From positions 9,162,254 to 9,226,253 of the forward strand of contig CM082583.2 of the NCBI GenBank assembly GCA_040954595.2: 64,000 nt of DNA, written 5' to 3'. The position numbers were made by a program, and so were the translations under genes. The notes beneath the pieces are model-generated. The model saw nothing but the letters and a program-made list of their open reading frames with translations. It was not told the origin of the DNA and searched no databases. Shown here one piece after another: positions 59,801 through 64,000 of this stretch. The stretch comes from Balanoglossus misakiensis (Eukaryota > Animalia > Hemichordata). Within the stretch, counting starts at the first letter, position 1; every line of letters starts with the position of its first letter.

Positions 59801-62800
59801 GTAGATTGTCGTTCGCTGTCAGGGGTGACATCGCGACCGCGATATGCTTTTGTAACTGAAACCGAAAATTCGGCATATAGAGTATAACATCAATCTTTAC
59901 TCTGGATCATCTCAGGAATGATGAGCTTCTGGTTAATTAAAACTGGGAGGGCGTCTCGCTATCTCTTATACATACCGAGTATCAACCCCGTTCTATCGAT
60001 TTGGAATAACAATTTTTAACTCAGAATTTCGTTCTACAAAAGAATCACGCACAGACTCGAGCGAAATATGAAGCAATAAAAGTTGAAAGCCAGAATCTCA
60101 AGGTTGCCTAAAATAAATAATACAGGGCACATGGTAAACCTTATGTTGCCGCGTATGGATTACTGTCCAGGGTTTTATGATTATCTTGATCACAGTGTTT
60201 GTGCGTCTCATCCAGGTGTATCAACCTACAAATTTAAGTATAAGGTAATAAAATGTTGACTACAGCGACCGAAACAGTTGAATACAGATAGTTACTTTGC
60301 GTCGAGACAGGTTTTTACATGCCGAGTGACATAGCCTGACCGAAAGGTGTTCAAGGGCACGCCATTTCATCAAATATTCATGGGGAGAAAATGTAAACAC
60401 GGAAGAAATGCCAGAATAGTTAACGTCGACACTGTGGTTAAGAAGAAAGTATTATGAGCCTGATTCAATTGCCGCCTTGCGAGGCAACTATTCTGTACAA
60501 TATACAAAAAAGCGGCGAGTGCAGTTAGTAATTTGTTTTGACTATAGCCGGCGGTCCATAACCGCGTTCGATTTTCAAAAGTAATAGGTAATGGCACATA
60601 TGTGTTTTAAAAGAGAGTCATCAATCAAATATTTCACTATTAATATATTGACCGTAATTTTATTTTAAAAATAACCGTTGGACCCAATTGTTAGGGGCTT
60701 GTGTCTTTCCTTTTATACAGACGTCAAAATTCGGACGGTTGTCAAACACGCACTTACATGAAAAATCACGGGTGATGAATGTTGATACAAGTGAAGGCGC
60801 CGTCGGATCATTCGACGGCTTGGGTAAGTTAAGAAGAGTAAAGTTGCATATGCAAATTTTGCCCAGTCGCTCCGATGAATACACAGAGAATCCGCGTCTC
60901 CACATTCAATGAAAATGCATGCACTTAGAGCCCTTGCCTAAAATATGTTTGCTTGATATAATCTACTGACTCGCGAAGTGATTGATCCCATTATGTTGAA
61001 CAAATTTCAGATGGAGGAGATTCTCATCCGGGGAAGTGGCCGAGGCGCTTTAACGAGCTCCCGTAAAAAAGTTTCATGGCGTTCGCTATCCATGTTTGAC
61101 AAATACAGCCAATTAATACGGCTTATTAGCAGAAATAGCTTACAAGTTTTATCGGCACTGTCGCCTAAAAGGCGAGGTAAATGATAGTCATGATAGCGAA
61201 TGATGCGTTTTATTTCGCGATGAATCTTCGGAAATGTCTAGTCATGACGAGTCGCTCTTTTGGCATCATGAAAGTTAGTGCAAGTGGACTTAACTATGTT
61301 AGTTCTACTTGTTAACGAGGATGTATTTTCCAGTTTACCGAACTTTATTGAACGGCGGCCTTTTCATATCGTCTGCTTTGCGTCAGAAATGCGCGCGTCC
61401 ATCACAATGTTGCGGCGAGATCCTTCAAAACGAGCGAATTATATTAATCAATCGCACAACGGCGACGGATATTGATGTATTAACATTCCTGCCCTTTTTT
61501 ATTTTACACTCGTCGGAATAATACGAGGCAGTCGTCTTTAAGTAGTGGTTATGGTCATTTCGGTGAATGCAAGGTTGTTTCTACCATTGAGCTGCGGTGG
61601 GTCTAATCAGATGTACGTATACGTGGCGATCTGACCAGTGAAACCCCCTCAGAACGGGTGAAAAATTAACACTAAAGAAAAGTTCAGTGTCGCGGATCAT
61701 GTCCATTTGACACAAATTTTACGAGTATACCATTGTTCGTATGAAATGAGAACATCATTAATCCGTAACATGTGTCACACGTGCGCCACTATGAAAAGAA
61801 AAAAATATTTGGAACTGATGTGTATACTTGGCTCATTGATTCTCCCTGACTGGAATCGCCCTAAAAATTCCCGAAAAAAATCTAGCATGATCCATTTGCA
61901 ATCCTGACGTCATTGGCGCTCTCCTTTTCATTATGGTTAATCATAAACTGATGCTAAGACAACACTGACGAAACTTCCAACAAGTCCTGTACGTGCTTGT
62001 GCAAACTCATGTTATATCACCCATGTATTCAATACATGTACTTCGATTTTTTTTACCCCCGAAAAGCAAGGACCTGACTAGCCTATTATCCCCCGAACCG
62101 CGTTTACATAGTCCGCTGTTTGCTTTCCTTCCCTCCGATGACACGATATGAAGGTTTATTTGATTACTTCTTTTCAATTCGTCGGCCATGATTGCTTTTT
62201 AATATCGAAAGGTTGCGATTAGATATGAAAGCACGTGTTGACCAAGCGACATGTTTTCCCGACAAATTTGTTTTAATTTGACGGTAATGTCACTCTGTTC
62301 TCGATTTCTGTCATGTTTGTTCGTCAAACACTCTTTTCAGTTATTCAAATGCATGTATACCACGTGTCATTCTCTTTCAATAGCGTGTATGTTCACGCTA
62401 TGCAAACTCTCCGTGCAGGCTTGTCCGTCTTTTAAACTGAAAAGCTCGAATAAACTCACTATTATCGCTACAAAACCTTGAAACCAGCCAAGCTTGTAGT
62501 TATAAAATTGTTTTCATGTGCTTACCGAATTTCAAAGCACATTTTATTTGTTGTGCTACGGTGGATACGTGTATGTGCCTACGTAGTGCGACACGCGATG
62601 GGGATATTTTGCCCGAGCTATAGAAGACAAAAAGTCCCGCGTACTCTTAGCCTGGTTCCTTCCAACATGATCAATCAATCGACGGGAAAACGTGTCGCCT
62701 GCTCTTTTACCACGGCTACCTGAAAGCGCATGTGGTCTCTATTTTTTAATATATTCTTTTTAATCTATATTTCATGCGATTTGTCATCGACAACTGCGTG

Positions 62801-64000
62801 CGAGGAGAATACAAATATTCACGCGAAGCTGGAAGCCTTTTGTCTTCACCTACAACATCCAGAAGACTTGACGGTTCCATTTGGGTCATTACCGTAGGGA
62901 GGCGATTTGTACTTTCGCTCGGAAAGCCGCTTAATGAGGTGTTCGCGGATAGACGGCAGCTTGGTTCAATGATGCACGTCATGTTACAGTCGTCTTTACA
63001 CGGTACATCCAGGCATATTTCGATTTCAGCCTACTTTTAGGAGTCTATCGTTCAGTACACGACATATTAACTGTTTAAACCAATTGATTTTGTTTCTTTG
63101 CTTTTCATCTCGTGCAACGATGGTAGTTGCATGAACGTTTGCAGAAGGTGATTCTGTAACATATGGCGCATATTATCACATCATAAGCTTATTCATTATT
63201 AGTGGGCATCCTGTATAGCTTTATCAATGCATGTTTATCTAATAAATGAGAGCCATATACAAAGAAGTCGCGCGTGCCGTGTAACCGACTGTTTATTGAC
63301 GCGGAATTTATTTCCTCGGTTTTGTCTCCGTTGCCGTGACCTGCTTTCGATCGGTTGTCGTCGCTACAGAGTAAGACTATCGAATTAACGATAGCTTTAG
63401 ATCTCGCAACTGCGCCCTTACATTTTAGACCTTAGAAGCTTGCCGTGTCCAACTGTTATTTTAAGCCACCGTTTCTCCATGTGTGGCATATGCCTCAACC
63501 TTCCCCCATGACACGGACGGCAAGAACACGACACCTGCGCCGAGAGGCGAAGTAGGACGAAATAGGTATCGCTTTGTTTTGATTAGCTCCCTTTGGGGGA
63601 ATGGTTATTGAAAACAAGTAAGTGCCATAGGATGTGGATTTTAACCTTGACTTTCTGGCAGAGAGTCAAGGGTAAATGGATACGTATTGCCGATCAACAT
63701 ATCACATCGAGATGAATTTAATCAACTCGGGCAATAATGAATGGTTGAAACTTGCAAACTAGAAACGACCATGGTCCCATTCTGTGCCTGTTCGCTCGCC
63801 ACGTGCACCTTGCTGTTCTATTCAGCTTCGAAAATTTGACAATGCCTTTTCATATTATGTTTCATAAATCAGGGGTTGTTACCAGCAGCGCCGGGAATGA
63901 ATGAAGGGACGGGGAAGATGGTAGTGAATGATAGAATGGCTGTCTGCTCAAAATTATCTTTACACGATGATCTTTATCACAGATATGCCTCCTCTGGAAA

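Noticed and set aside
55575-64000. Short ORFs of 60-100 aa and possible upstream K2P exons
   Set aside because: No recognisable domains and no exon ending in the expected TTI-G pore-1 sequence was found; treated as a long intron.

Overview
Eukaryotic (metazoan, probably marine invertebrate) genomic DNA; the taxon cannot be fixed from the sequence. (1) 1-26577 is a very homogeneous 88-bp satellite (~300 monomers) with two variants (A/B, 13 differences) in alternating blocks, higher-order duplications and one strand inversion at ~12364-12370. (2) It ends ~40 bp before a splice acceptor that opens 15 consecutive, frame-consistent coding exons (26619-30772, +) of a STRA6/STRA6-like gene. The 5' exons are not in the window, so the inverted satellite appears to be intronic. 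(3) Directly downstream are five intronless iLBP/FABP-family genes (31.6-47.5 kb), with a perfect DR5 element upstream of the first and a perfect DR4 inside the cluster. (4) Between the first two FABP copies lie 169-bp and 131-bp tandem repeats; the 169-bp unit looks like an exon+intron cassette. (5) A ~430-aa, probably N-myristoylated disordered protein (-) and the last exon of a two-pore-domain K+ channel (-) follow. 55.6-64 kb is probably intron. The best candidates for new biology are the STRA6 + intronless iLBP + DR5 locus and the giant inverted satellite in the STRA6 intron.
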